Source: Euryarchaeota archaeon RBG_16_67_27 (GTDB lineage Archaea; Thermoplasmatota; Thermoplasmata; RBG-16-68-12). From it: 64,000 nucleotides of DNA. Location of the stretch: the NCBI GenBank assembly GCA_001800745.1, contig MGVZ01000040.1, positions 1,875-65,874 on the forward strand, in the 5' to 3' direction. Shown in pieces: positions 7,479-16,383 of the stretch. A program made the position numbers and the translations under genes. The stretch's first letter is position 1. The number at the start of each line of letters is the position of its first letter. A model generated the notes under the pieces. It searched no databases, was not told the DNA's origin, and worked only from the letters and a program-made list of their open reading frames with translations.

Positions 7479-9419
7479 TCAGGGTGCCGCGAGGGGCGCC
7501 TCCGTCCCCAGGGTCCACGGCAGACGCACGCCGCCGCGGCCGATCCGGAGCCGCCGGCGGCAGCGCGGATACTCGGTGCAGCCGAGGAACGACCAGCCGG
7601 TCCGCGTGCGGCGTCGCACGAGCCGTCCCCGGCCGCACGCATCGCAAGGACCGAAGTCCCGGTGGAGGCGCGCCGCGTCCCGGATCCAGCGGGCGATGAC
7701 CGCCTCGTTCTCCCGGAGCGCTGCGAGGAGCCCGTGCAGCTCGTCTCGCGAATCACGGAGGACGGAGGCCATCGGGACGTCCCCCGCGGCGATCGCGCTC
7801 ATCCGCCCCTCGAGGGTGCGGGTCATCCCGGGGCTCGTGAGGTCGGGCGCGTGCGGCACGAGCGCGTCGACGAGGGCCCGTCCCGCGCCCGTCGTCCGGA
7901 TCGCACGGCCCTCGATGTACTCGCGGCGGTACAGGAGCGCGACGATCTCATGGCGCGTGGACTTCGTCCCGAGGCCCATGCGCTCCATCGCCTGGATCAG
8001 GCTGCCCTGGGTGTGGAACGGGGGCGGTCGGGTCCGAGCCGCCTCCGTCCGCAGCCCACGGAGGGCCAGGACATCCCCGACCTGCAGCGGCGGGAGGGGC
8101 GGGGTCGACCTCTCGTCGGGGATCACGGACCTCCAGCCGCTCTCGACGAGGCCGCGTGCGTGCGCCACGAAGTCCGCGTCCCCGATCCGGAACCCGGCCG
8201 CCAGGGCGCGATACGTCGCCGGGGGGAGCAGGGTCGCGAGGAAGCGGCGGACGACGATGTCGTACACGGTCGCCGCGGGCTCGCGGAGGCGGGGAGGCGC
8301 CGCGGTGGGATGGATCGGCGGATGGTCCGTCGTCGACACGGGGCCCCGTGTCGGCCGGACCTCGGGAAGGGATTGGATCCGGTCCACGTGCTCCCGGTAG
8401 GACGAGTCGCGGAGCCGCAGCAGGATGTCCGCGATCGGGAGCGAAGGGGGGTAGACGGTGTTGTCCGTCCGCGGGTAGCTGATCGCCCCCCGCACGTACA
8501 GGTCCTGGGCGACGGCCATCGCCCGCGCCGTGCCGAGCCCGCGACGGGATGCCTCCGCGAGGAAGCGCGTCGTGTTCATGGGCGAGGGAGGGGCCTCTCG
8601 CTCCTCGTAGGCCTCGAGGCGCACGACGAGGGCGTCCGCACCGAGGCCCGCCCGAGCCGTCGCGGCCTCCGCCCCGCTCGGGTCCCAGAACGGCCCTCCC
8701 GCGGCCCGGGCAACGAACGGCGGATCGCCGATGTCCGCGAGGACGTCCCAGAACGGTCGAGGCGCGAAGCCCTCCCGCTCCTGCTCCCGCTCGCGGACGA
8801 GGGCGAGGGTTGGCGTCTGCACCCGCCCGACGGAGAGGAGGACCTCCGAGCCGCAGGCGAGCGTGAGGAACCGGGTCAGAACCGCGCCCCACGCGAGATC
8901 GATCCGCTCCCTCGTCGCCGCGGCCTCCGCGAGGGCCCAGTCCACGTCGCACAGACCCTCGAACGCCCGGAGGACCTCCGAGGGCGTCATCGCGCTGAAC
9001 CGCGCGCGACGTGCCGGAACGTCCGGCCGCACGGCTCGGATCGCGCGGAGGGCCTCGACCCCGATCAGCTCGCCCTCGCGGTCGAAGTCCGTCGCGACCA
9101 CGACCTCGTCGATTCCGGGCGCTATCCCCCGGAGCGCCTCGTGGAGCGCGAGGGGCGCCTCGACCTCGACGGGCTCCGTGTCGACGAGGCGATCGAGGTC
9201 GGTCGCAGCCCAGTCCCGGACGGACTCCGGGTAGTCGACGGCGACGATGTGGCCGCGGAGCGGGAACACGATGGTATCGCCCGCCTCCGTCGAGAACGTG
9301 AACTGGCTCACGCCGTCGGCCCGGACCTTCTTCGCGGTCCCATGGGAGAGGATCGTGGCCAGGCGGAGGGCGGCGCTGAACTTCTCTGCGAGGAGGAGAC
9401 TCCGCAACCGGACGCGCAT
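7479..9419 (-). CDS. topA: type IA DNA topoisomerase (topoisomerase I)
   Basis: 646 aa. It has an N-terminal Toprim domain (VVVATDFDREGELIG), a central topoisomerase IA core (ISYPRTDN active-site Tyr context) and a C-terminal C4 zinc ribbon (CDACGRG...GCTEYPRC). Confidence 0.9.
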   Translation of the reverse strand: MRVRLRSLLLAEKFSAALRLATILSHGTAKKVRADGVSQFTFSTEAGDTIVFPLRGHIVAVDYPESVRDWAATDLDRLVDTEPVEVEAPLALHEALRGIAPGIDEVVVATDFDREGELIGVEALRAIRAVRPDVPARRARFSAMTPSEVLRAFEGLCDVDWALAEAAATRERIDLAWGAVLTRFLTLACGSEVLLSVGRVQTPTLALVREREQEREGFAPRPFWDVLADIGDPPFVARAAGGPFWDPSGAEAATARAGLGADALVVRLEAYEEREAPPSPMNTTRFLAEASRRGLGTARAMAVAQDLYVRGAISYPRTDNTVYPPSLPIADILLRLRDSSYREHVDRIQSLPEVRPTRGPVSTTDHPPIHPTAAPPRLREPAATVYDIVVRRFLATLLPPATYRALAAGFRIGDADFVAHARGLVESGWRSVIPDERSTPPLPPLQVGDVLALRGLRTEAARTRPPPFHTQGSLIQAMERMGLGTKSTRHEIVALLYRREYIEGRAIRTTGAGRALVDALVPHAPDLTSPGMTRTLEGRMSAIAAGDVPMASVLRDSRDELHGLLAALRENEAVIARWIRDAARLHRDFGPCDACGRGRLVRRRTRTGWSFLGCTEYPRCRRRLRIGRGGVRLPWTLGTEAPLAAP

Positions 9420-9495
9420 CGGGTTTCGGACTACATAAAAGTGGCGCCGTCACCGTGAAATTTCACGCGCGACCGGCGACCCGGCGCCGGCGAAC

Positions 9496-10203
9496 TCAAT
9501 AGCCTTGGAACCGCTCGATCTGGACTCGGTCCCCCGGAATGCCGGCAGAGGCGAGGAGCGCCTGCATCCCGTCCGCGAAGGAGGGTGGTCCCGCGACGAG
9601 GACGGCGCCGGCACGAAGCGCGGGGCCGATCCGGCGCTCGTCGATCCGGCCGACGGGCCCGGTCCACGGGGCCCCCGACTCGGCCGGCCGGGTGACCGTC
9701 CGCGTGACCGTGAACCAGGGGTGGGCGACCGACCATGCGTCGAACTCCTCACGGAACACGATCGAATCCGGGGTCCGGTCGGACGTGATCAGGGACACCG
9801 GCGAGCGTCGTCCCGCGTCGATCGACGCGCGGACCATCGCGCGGAACGGGGTGACGCCGATCCCACCTGCGATCAAGACCGCGGGCGCGTCCCCTTCCGG
9901 CAGGTAGAAGCGGCCGAGGGGACCCTTCGCCCGGATCCGGTCCCCGACCGCCAGCCCGTCCAAGGCGCGCTTGAACGGGCTCGCTGTTCGGACGCGGGTC
10001 GTCAGAAGGAGACCTGGGTCCGATGGCGCGCTCGCGATGCTGAGCGACCGCGACCCCCGCCGAGGATCCCCGGGCGCGTCGAGACTCACGAGGAGATACT
10101 GACCCGGACGGGCGACGACCCGAGGCTCGGAATCGAAGGCGAACGTGCGTGTGTCCGTCGCTTCCTCACGGACCTCGCGGAGGGTGAGCGTGAATTCCGG
10201 CAT
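9496..10203 (-). CDS. FNR-like FAD/NAD(P)-binding oxidoreductase (ferredoxin reductase type)
   Basis: 235 aa with an RSLSIAS (RxYS-type FAD site) and GGIGVTPF (NAD(P)-binding) motif. It lies 6 nt downstream of the Rieske gene on the same strand. Confidence 0.8.
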   Translation of the reverse strand: MPEFTLTLREVREEATDTRTFAFDSEPRVVARPGQYLLVSLDAPGDPRRGSRSLSIASAPSDPGLLLTTRVRTASPFKRALDGLAVGDRIRAKGPLGRFYLPEGDAPAVLIAGGIGVTPFRAMVRASIDAGRRSPVSLITSDRTPDSIVFREEFDAWSVAHPWFTVTRTVTRPAESGAPWTGPVGRIDERRIGPALRAGAVLVAGPPSFADGMQALLASAGIPGDRVQIERFQGY

Positions 10204-10209
10204 GGTCGC

Positions 10210-10518
10210 TCAGAGGTCGATCCAGATCTCGCCGTCCTTCACCTGGACCGGGTAGGTCCGGATGTCCGAGACCCAGTCCGTCTCCGGGTTTGCCTTCCCC
10301 GTCTCGGGATCGAAGCGCCCTTCGTGCAGGGGGCAGACGAGCTCGCCCCCGTCGAGCGAACCGTCCCCCAAGGGGGCCGCCTCGTGCGGGCACACACCGT
10401 GCAGCGCGAACACCCGGTCCTCCGAGCGGACGATCGCGACGTGCTTACCGTTGACATTCGCCCGCGCGACGCCGCGCACGGGCACGTCGTCGAGCCGGAG
10501 CGCCTTCTCGAACGTCAT
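10210..10518 (-). CDS. Rieske [2Fe-2S] ferredoxin-type protein
   Basis: 102 aa with CPH (..HGVCPHEAAPL..) and CPLH (..LVCPLHEGRF..) cluster ligand boxes. Confidence 0.85.
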   Translation of the reverse strand: MTFEKALRLDDVPVRGVARANVNGKHVAIVRSEDRVFALHGVCPHEAAPLGDGSLDGGELVCPLHEGRFDPETGKANPETDWVSDIRTYPVQVKDGEIWIDL

Positions 10519-10521
10519 GGA

Positions 10522-10566
10522 CCGCCTAGGCGGCCGTTCCTAATAACCTCCCGCAAGGCTTGCGGG
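10522..10566. promoter_or_regulatory. two perfect palindromes flanking a TATA-like box (Rieske/FNR promoter, divergent from rhodanese)
   Basis: CCGCCTAGGCGG (10522-10533) sits between the start codon (10518) and TAATAA (10541-10546, centred about 26 nt from the ATG). CCCGCAAG-g-CTTGCGGG (10550-10566) lies just beyond the box. Confidence 0.45.
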
Positions 10567-10646
10567 AACGACATCGCCAATCCGAATACGGATACCCACA
10601 AAGAATATAACGGCGGCATAACTCGCATTGGTCCGGAGACCTGATC

Positions 10647-11492
10647 ATGGCCCACTTCGCGCACCCGGAGGTGCTCGTCGACACGAGCTGGGTGAAGGGG
10701 AACATCGGGAACGAGAACGTGAGGATCATCGAGGTGGATTACGACCCGACGGCGAACTACAACCTCGGGCACATCCCGGGCGCCGGGCTCGTGGACTGGA
10801 GGAAGGACATCAACGATCCCGTCGCGCGAGACATCGTGTCGAAGGAGGGACTCGAGAGGCTCCTCGGCCGGCTCGGGATCTCGAACGAGAAGCTCATCGT
10901 CCTGTACGGCGATTTCAACAACTGGTTCGCCGCGTTCGCGTTCTGGGTCTTCAAGTACTACGGCGTCGAGAAGGTCGTCCTCCTGAACGGGGGCCGCAAG
11001 AAGTGGATCGAGCAGGACCTCCCCGTGACGAAGGACGGCCCCGCGTTCGCCCCCGCGACGTTCAAGGCGAAGGCGGCGGACGAGTCCCTCCGGGTGTACC
11101 TCGACTACGTCCGCGCCGCGATCGCGCACGGGGACAAGGTCCTCGTCGACGTCCGGGGACCCAAGGAGTTCACGGGGGAGATCCTCGCGCCTCCGGAATA
11201 CCCAACGGAGCACGCACAGCGCGGCGGGCACATCCCCGGGGCGAAGAACATTCCCTGGGCCCAGGCCGTGAACGAGGACGGGACGTTCAAGACTGCGGAC
11301 GAGCTCCGAACGCTGTACGAGCCGAAAGGTGTGACCCCGGACCGGGAGATCATCACCTACTGCCGGATCGGGGAGCGATCCTCGCACACGTGGTTCGTCC
11401 TCAAGTACCTCCTCGGCTACCCGGATGTGAAGAACTACGACGGTTCCTGGACGGAGTGGGGGAACCTCGTTCGCACGCCGATCGAGAAGTAG
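10647..11492 (+). CDS. thiosulfate/3-mercaptopyruvate sulfurtransferase (tandem rhodanese domains)
   Basis: 281 aa with two rhodanese domains. The active-site loop YCRIGERSSH (CRxGx[R/T] type) is in the C-terminal domain. Confidence 0.9.
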   Translation: MAHFAHPEVLVDTSWVKGNIGNENVRIIEVDYDPTANYNLGHIPGAGLVDWRKDINDPVARDIVSKEGLERLLGRLGISNEKLIVLYGDFNNWFAAFAFWVFKYYGVEKVVLLNGGRKKWIEQDLPVTKDGPAFAPATFKAKAADESLRVYLDYVRAAIAHGDKVLVDVRGPKEFTGEILAPPEYPTEHAQRGGHIPGAKNIPWAQAVNEDGTFKTADELRTLYEPKGVTPDREIITYCRIGERSSHTWFVLKYLLGYPDVKNYDGSWTEWGNLVRTPIEK

Positions 11493-11597
11493 CCGCGCGG
11501 AAGTCGGCGCTCCTGGGTCTCGCGGACGACGCCCGACGAGCCACGGCAACGGGTTATTATACCCGCCCCCAGATACGATGCCCCAAGGGGGAGTCGT

Positions 11598-11888
11598 ATG
11601 CCTCACTACGTGAGCCTTGGGAACTGGACGGATCAGGGAATCAAGAACGTGAAGGAGTCGCCGAAGCGCGCAGACGCCGTCGCGGCGCTCGCCGCCAAGC
11701 TTGGGGCGAAGATGCAGCTGTTCTACACGATGGGCGACTACGATCTCGTCGCGATCACGGAGGCTCCGACGGACGAGATCGCGATGCAGCTTCTCCTGGA
11801 GATCGGTCGGCTCGGGAACGTGCGCACGAAGACCCTGAAGGCTTGGACGACGGCGGAAGCGACGAAGGTCGTCGCGAAGCTCCAGTAG
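11598..11888 (+). CDS. GYD-domain protein
   Basis: 96 aa; ...LFYTMGDYDLVAITEAPTDE... contains the family-defining GxYD motif at the right length. A GGGGGAG Shine-Dalgarno-like element lies upstream. Confidence 0.8.
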   Translation: MPHYVSLGNWTDQGIKNVKESPKRADAVAALAAKLGAKMQLFYTMGDYDLVAITEAPTDEIAMQLLLEIGRLGNVRTKTLKAWTTAEATKVVAKLQ

Positions 11889-11910
11889 TCGAGCGGGTGC
11901 GGAAACCGTT

Positions 11911-12963
11911 TTGAGCCAGGACCCGGTTGGGTCCCGCGTGCGGGCGATCCGGTTCGAGGCGGACGGGACGATTCGTTTCACCGACGTGGCCCGGCCCGAT
12001 CCCGGACCCGACGAGGTCCTCGTCCAGGTCCTCGCGGCGGGCGTGTGCCGGACGGATCTCCATCTCCTCCATGAGGTCCAATCGGGACGCCGCGACCCGC
12101 TCGTCCCCGGCCATGAGATTGCGGGGCGGATCACGCAGGTCGGCCGCGAGGTCTTCATGGGGAGCCCGGGAGACGTCGTCGGCGTGCACTACGAGCAGCC
12201 GTGCGGCTGGTGCCGGCACTGTCGGAGGAAGCGGACGAACCTCTGCCAGCGGGGCCGGTCCCTCGGGTTCGACGCACAGGGGGGCTACGCGGAGTTCGTC
12301 GTCGCACGGCAGTCGACTGTGCTCCCGCTCCCTCCGGATCTCGACCCGGTGGACGCCGCGACCCTCGGGTGCAGTGGCGCCACGGCGTACCACGTGGTCG
12401 CGACCCTCGGCGAGGCCGAGGAAGACTCGACGGTTGTGGTCGTCGGAGCAGGGGGCGTCGGGCTCGCGGCGATCCAGGTCGCCCGCGCCCAGCAGGCGCG
12501 GGTGCTCGCAATCGACCCGCGGGAGGCGGCGCGGAAGGCGGCTCTCGATGCGGGCGCGACCGCGGCGGCGGCACCGGACGAAGCGGCGCGGGCTCTCCGC
12601 GAGATGGCGGGGGAGGAAGGCGCGGACGTCGTCGCCGATTTCGTGGGAACGCGGGAATCCCTCGAGCGGGGGCGAGCGCTCCTCGGGTATGGCGGTCGGC
12701 TCGTCGTCGTCGCGGAGGGCGAGGGGACCCAGGACCCGATGCCGGTGACCGCGGCGAACCTCGTCGAGGGGGGACGGGCGTACCTCGGATCGTACTCTTC
12801 GACGATCGCGGACTTCGCCCGTGCAATCGCCCTCGCGGAATCCGGGCTCCTCCGCCCGCTCGTCACGCGGCGCGAGCCCCTCTCCAAGGCGCCCTCCGTC
12901 CTGGGCGACCTTGAGGCGGGGAAGATCATCGGACGCGCCGTGCTCCTCCCTGGAACCCCCTGA
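11911..12963 (+). CDS. zinc-dependent alcohol dehydrogenase (MDR superfamily)
   Basis: TTG start. It has the GVCRTDLH and GHEIAGRI catalytic-zinc motifs, a structural zinc CGWCRHCRRKRTNLC and a GAGGVG Rossmann motif. Confidence 0.85.
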   Translation: MSQDPVGSRVRAIRFEADGTIRFTDVARPDPGPDEVLVQVLAAGVCRTDLHLLHEVQSGRRDPLVPGHEIAGRITQVGREVFMGSPGDVVGVHYEQPCGWCRHCRRKRTNLCQRGRSLGFDAQGGYAEFVVARQSTVLPLPPDLDPVDAATLGCSGATAYHVVATLGEAEEDSTVVVVGAGGVGLAAIQVARAQQARVLAIDPREAARKAALDAGATAAAAPDEAARALREMAGEEGADVVADFVGTRESLERGRALLGYGGRLVVVAEGEGTQDPMPVTAANLVEGGRAYLGSYSSTIADFARAIALAESGLLRPLVTRREPLSKAPSVLGDLEAGKIIGRAVLLPGTP

Positions 12964-12974
12964 ATCGGGAACGA

Positions 12975-13640
12975 TCACCACGCGTTCCGGACGAGGAAGT
13001 GGAAGAGAGTCCCTTCCCGGCGGGAGTCGACCAACGGCCGGCGGGTCTCCTCGGACCACCTTCGCATCTCGACCTCGGCCGTAGGATCGTCCGAAGCAAT
13101 GTGCACGACGGCGCCGGGCTCGACCTGCGCGAGGAGCTCATTCAGCTTCGACAAGACGGCGGCGCACTCCGTCCCGATCTCGACCATCTCGTAGTCGGGG
13201 AACGCCGCGAAGCACCGGACCCGGAGGGCGGAGATCTGACCGGCGAACGCCCCGGCGGCACGGTCAGCCGGCAGGAGCGCGCCACGGTCCGCGTCGATCG
13301 CCGTCGGTCGGACGCGGGCGAACCAGCCCTCCGCGTACGGCCGTTCGGAAAGGGTCTTCGAGCGGGCGAGGACGCCGTCGTTCACGGCGATGAGGGTCCC
13401 GCCCACCGGCGTCCGGATCGGTCCGAAGTACTTCCCGCTCTCGACGGTCCCGACCGCCCTCCCCCGCTCGTACAGGACGCCCGTCGGTCGGCCGGTCACG
13501 CGGGTGATCCGGCCCGCGACCGCGGCGAGGATGCTCGTGATCCCGATGCGAACGACGCCGTCCGCTTCTTCGCGCGCCCAGGCGAGACCGTCCGGATCGT
13601 ACAGGAGATCGTCCGGGAACTCGCAACCCTCGATCCGCAA
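12975..13640 (-). CDS. GcvH-like (lipoyl-carrier) :: TusA-like fusion protein
   Basis: From ORF 12975..13754. Family similarity begins at TTG 13638-13640 (LRIEGCEFPDDLLYDPDGLAWAREE..VRIGITS...VESGKYFGPIRTPVGGTLIAVN...PYAEGWFARV). This is a GcvH pattern with the lipoyl Lys position kept (K70, nt 13431-13433). The C-terminal 70 aa (EMVEIGTECAAVLSKLNELLAQVEPGAVVHIASDDPTAEVEMRRW...FHFLVRN) align to TusA with the Cys kept (nt 13164-13166). The start codon is uncertain (13640 vs 13754). Confidence 0.65.
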   Translation of the reverse strand: MRIEGCEFPDDLLYDPDGLAWAREEADGVVRIGITSILAAVAGRITRVTGRPTGVLYERGRAVGTVESGKYFGPIRTPVGGTLIAVNDGVLARSKTLSERPYAEGWFARVRPTAIDADRGALLPADRAAGAFAGQISALRVRCFAAFPDYEMVEIGTECAAVLSKLNELLAQVEPGAVVHIASDDPTAEVEMRRWSEETRRPLVDSRREGTLFHFLVRNAW

Positions 13641-13776
13641 TGCCGGCCCCGCTCGGGACGAACGAGGGCGGGGCGCTTGAAGTTGCTTCGTTCCGTGAAT
13701 TGAGACCGTCGTCGGCGGGACGTCGGGTTTATTACGAATCCGCGCGTTATCCACGGACAGTCGACCTTACCCAGGT

Positions 13777-16383
13777 GTGGGCGGAGGGGGTACAACGCAG
13801 CATCCGATCGCTCGACGGGTCCTCTTGGGGCTCGCTGTGGGCTTGACGCTGAGCGCCGCGGTGTTCGGCACGTTTGGGCTGACCTTGCCGCGAGCGAGCG
13901 CGGGGACGCCGGGCGGACCGACGCCCGCCGCGTTCACGAGCCTGGACTGGGAATTCTACGACTTCTTCAACGTGCCCTTCGGGGAATTCTGGGATTATCG
14001 GACCGCGGTGTACGGAGACGCGCCCATCAACGCGGAGTGCTTCAACGCCTCCGCGATCGAGAACGGCCTCTGCACGCCGAGGGACCCGAACGTGAGGGAC
14101 GTGGCAGCGTACCCGTACACGAGCTGGTACCCATCCCCCGGCGACCTCGCCCCGGGACAGGCGAACAACAATCCGTTCCTCTATTCGGCGTATCGGTTCC
14201 GAGCGACGGGCGCCGGCGTCACGGGCTACAGCCTCGCGGAGCCGGTCTTCCTGCCGGTCCTCGACTACTCGAAGCCTGCGGGGACGAAGCTCTCGTTCGA
14301 CTGGAGACTGCAGTACCTCGACACCGAGCTCACAGACGCCCTCGCGGCGCGCGGCTGCGCGATCTCGACGATCGACCTGGACGGCTTCCACACCCGCTCC
14401 CTGATCACCCTGACGATGGACCTCGCGGAGTCGAAGAGGCTCTTCAAAGTCGTCGCGAACACGGCCGAGGAGGCGCAGACGTGGTGGAACTCGAACACGG
14501 ACCCGCACTGCTTCCTTCGCGGGCCCGCGGAGACGAGCCTCCAGAATTGGTTCGTCCAGATGGGCGGGAGCCAGGTCGTCGTCGGGAAGTACGACATCGC
14601 GAACAGCTTCGAATGGTACTACCAGCCCTACGTCACGGACATGCGCGCGACGGTCGCCGCGAATGGCGACACCACGGTGTCGATCGAGCACGTCGCGTTT
14701 GGAACGGAGGTCATCCTCGCGCGGATGTTCTATTGGGGCAACACCTCGTACAAGGACTGGTACCTCGACTCCACGAAGGCGACGGGCTGGTGGGGCATGG
14801 AGCTTGCGTGGTTCGAGGGCATGTCCTTCACGGGCAGCCTCGCGGCGAGCACGATGAACTTCCAGCTCGCGTCCGCGATGAACTACCACTTCTGGCAGCA
14901 GTCCGCGCCCGGCCCGGACGGCCGGTTCGACCAGGTCGACGACGTCCCGTACTGGCAGTGGGGGCCCGTCCTCTCGGACTACACGAACGACTGGAGCACG
15001 CGGCACCTGATTTCCGAGCTCGACCGGTATCCGAACCCGCCCTTCTCGTACATGCACACGACCCCCGGGAGCATGCAGTACGGGGTGAACCGGACGTACG
15101 ACGTCGTGCCGCATGTGTGGAACCCGAAGGCGGGCGAGACCTGGCACTTCCAGTTCCCGACAGGGAACGTCGTCTTCTACGACCCGAACCTCACCCCGAA
15201 GGGCGCGAATCCGACCCTCGGGGCGTTCGTGGAGATCCGCCGGCCCCTCGATTTCCGCTATGTCCGTCCCGCCGGCTTCGGGACGTGGGACGCCACGGCG
15301 AAGACCTGGCACGTCGTCGGACCCCTGAACACGGGCGGCCCGAACGGGTCTCCGGGGAACTACCCGCTGTGGATGGCGCCGGAGATTGGCCTCGGCATGG
15401 GCGCCGCCCTCGCACCGTCCCTCATGCGGATCACGACGAGCATCGACATCCATCCGACCTGGGGGGTACCGGGCAAGATCATCATCGACGGGGTGCCGAG
15501 GGACGAGTGGGGCCTGAACTGGATGGAGATGGTCGCGGGCCCGCACGCGATCTCGTTCACGGATCTGACGAACCTTCGAACGCCGGGCGCCGTGAGCGTC
15601 GTCTCGGCCGCCGGCGGGGTCACGACGGTGAACGGGGAGTACGGTGCGCGCGGCTGGCTCCGGGTGGTCACGGATCCGCCGGTCCCGGGCACGATCTCCG
15701 TGAACGGCGTCGCCCGGAACGAGTGGTCCGTCTGGATGGCCGTCAACCCGGGCATGTACACGGTCTCTTTCGGTCCCGTGCAGGACTTCCGGCCCCCCGG
15801 GCCGCAGACGGTCGAGGTCCGCGCGGAGCAGCTCACCCTCGTCACGGGCAGCTACGTGTGGGACGGCGCCTCGCCGGGTCCGGACCCCGCGACGTACGGC
15901 CTGCTCCGGGTGACGACGCGGCTCAGCGACGGGACCCCCGGGGTGCCGACGCAGATCGAGCTCGACGGAATCCCGCGGGACGAGTGGGCGCTCACGTGGC
16001 TGAAGCTCCCGGCCGGCGCGTACACGCTGTCCTACTCTGACGTCTGGAACTACGGGACGCCGGGGCCCCGGCGGGTCATGGTCAGCGCGGGCCAGGTGAC
16101 CGCCGTCGAGGGCGTCTTTGACGTGCACGGGTGGCTGCGTGTCATCACGGATCCGCCGGTGCCTGCGACAATCCACGTGAACGGGGAACCGCGGAACGCG
16201 TGGGGAACGTGGCAGTCGATGCCGGCGGGGACGTACACGATCTCCTTCGGCGCCGTGCCCGGCTTCCAGGCGCCTGCGCCCCAGACTGCGATCGTGACGT
16301 CGTGGGCGCTCACGACGGTCACCGGCGTCTACGCCCGGACGGCCTCCGCGCCCGCTTCGTCCTCGGAGGCCGCGAAGGGCTAG
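13777..16383 (+). CDS. secreted/cell-surface protein: N-terminal signal/anchor, ~500-aa unassigned region, four C-terminal PEGA-like domains
   Basis: 868-aa ORF with a hydrophobic N-terminus (RRVLLGLAVGLTLSAAVFGTFGL..ASAG). It has many N-x-S/T sequons and a Trp/Tyr-rich central region. Four about 70-80-aa repeats have a G(W/L)LRV.T.P...I.(V/L)(N/D)G..R.(E/A)W......G.YT(V/I/L)S(F/Y) pattern. The exact start is uncertain. Confidence 0.75.
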   Translation: MGGGGTTQHPIARRVLLGLAVGLTLSAAVFGTFGLTLPRASAGTPGGPTPAAFTSLDWEFYDFFNVPFGEFWDYRTAVYGDAPINAECFNASAIENGLCTPRDPNVRDVAAYPYTSWYPSPGDLAPGQANNNPFLYSAYRFRATGAGVTGYSLAEPVFLPVLDYSKPAGTKLSFDWRLQYLDTELTDALAARGCAISTIDLDGFHTRSLITLTMDLAESKRLFKVVANTAEEAQTWWNSNTDPHCFLRGPAETSLQNWFVQMGGSQVVVGKYDIANSFEWYYQPYVTDMRATVAANGDTTVSIEHVAFGTEVILARMFYWGNTSYKDWYLDSTKATGWWGMELAWFEGMSFTGSLAASTMNFQLASAMNYHFWQQSAPGPDGRFDQVDDVPYWQWGPVLSDYTNDWSTRHLISELDRYPNPPFSYMHTTPGSMQYGVNRTYDVVPHVWNPKAGETWHFQFPTGNVVFYDPNLTPKGANPTLGAFVEIRRPLDFRYVRPAGFGTWDATAKTWHVVGPLNTGGPNGSPGNYPLWMAPEIGLGMGAALAPSLMRITTSIDIHPTWGVPGKIIIDGVPRDEWGLNWMEMVAGPHAISFTDLTNLRTPGAVSVVSAAGGVTTVNGEYGARGWLRVVTDPPVPGTISVNGVARNEWSVWMAVNPGMYTVSFGPVQDFRPPGPQTVEVRAEQLTLVTGSYVWDGASPGPDPATYGLLRVTTRLSDGTPGVPTQIELDGIPRDEWALTWLKLPAGAYTLSYSDVWNYGTPGPRRVMVSAGQVTAVEGVFDVHGWLRVITDPPVPATIHVNGEPRNAWGTWQSMPAGTYTISFGAVPGFQAPAPQTAIVTSWALTTVTGVYARTASAPASSSEAAKG
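15418..16332 (+). repeat. four tandem PEGA-like domain repeats (protein level) within the surface protein
   Basis: Repeat starts are at about 15418 (SLMRITT), 15652 (GWLRVVTDPPVPGTISVNG), 15898 (GLLRVTTRL..IELDG) and 16129 (GWLRVITDPPVPATIHVNG). Repeats 2 and 4 are the most similar. Confidence 0.75.
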
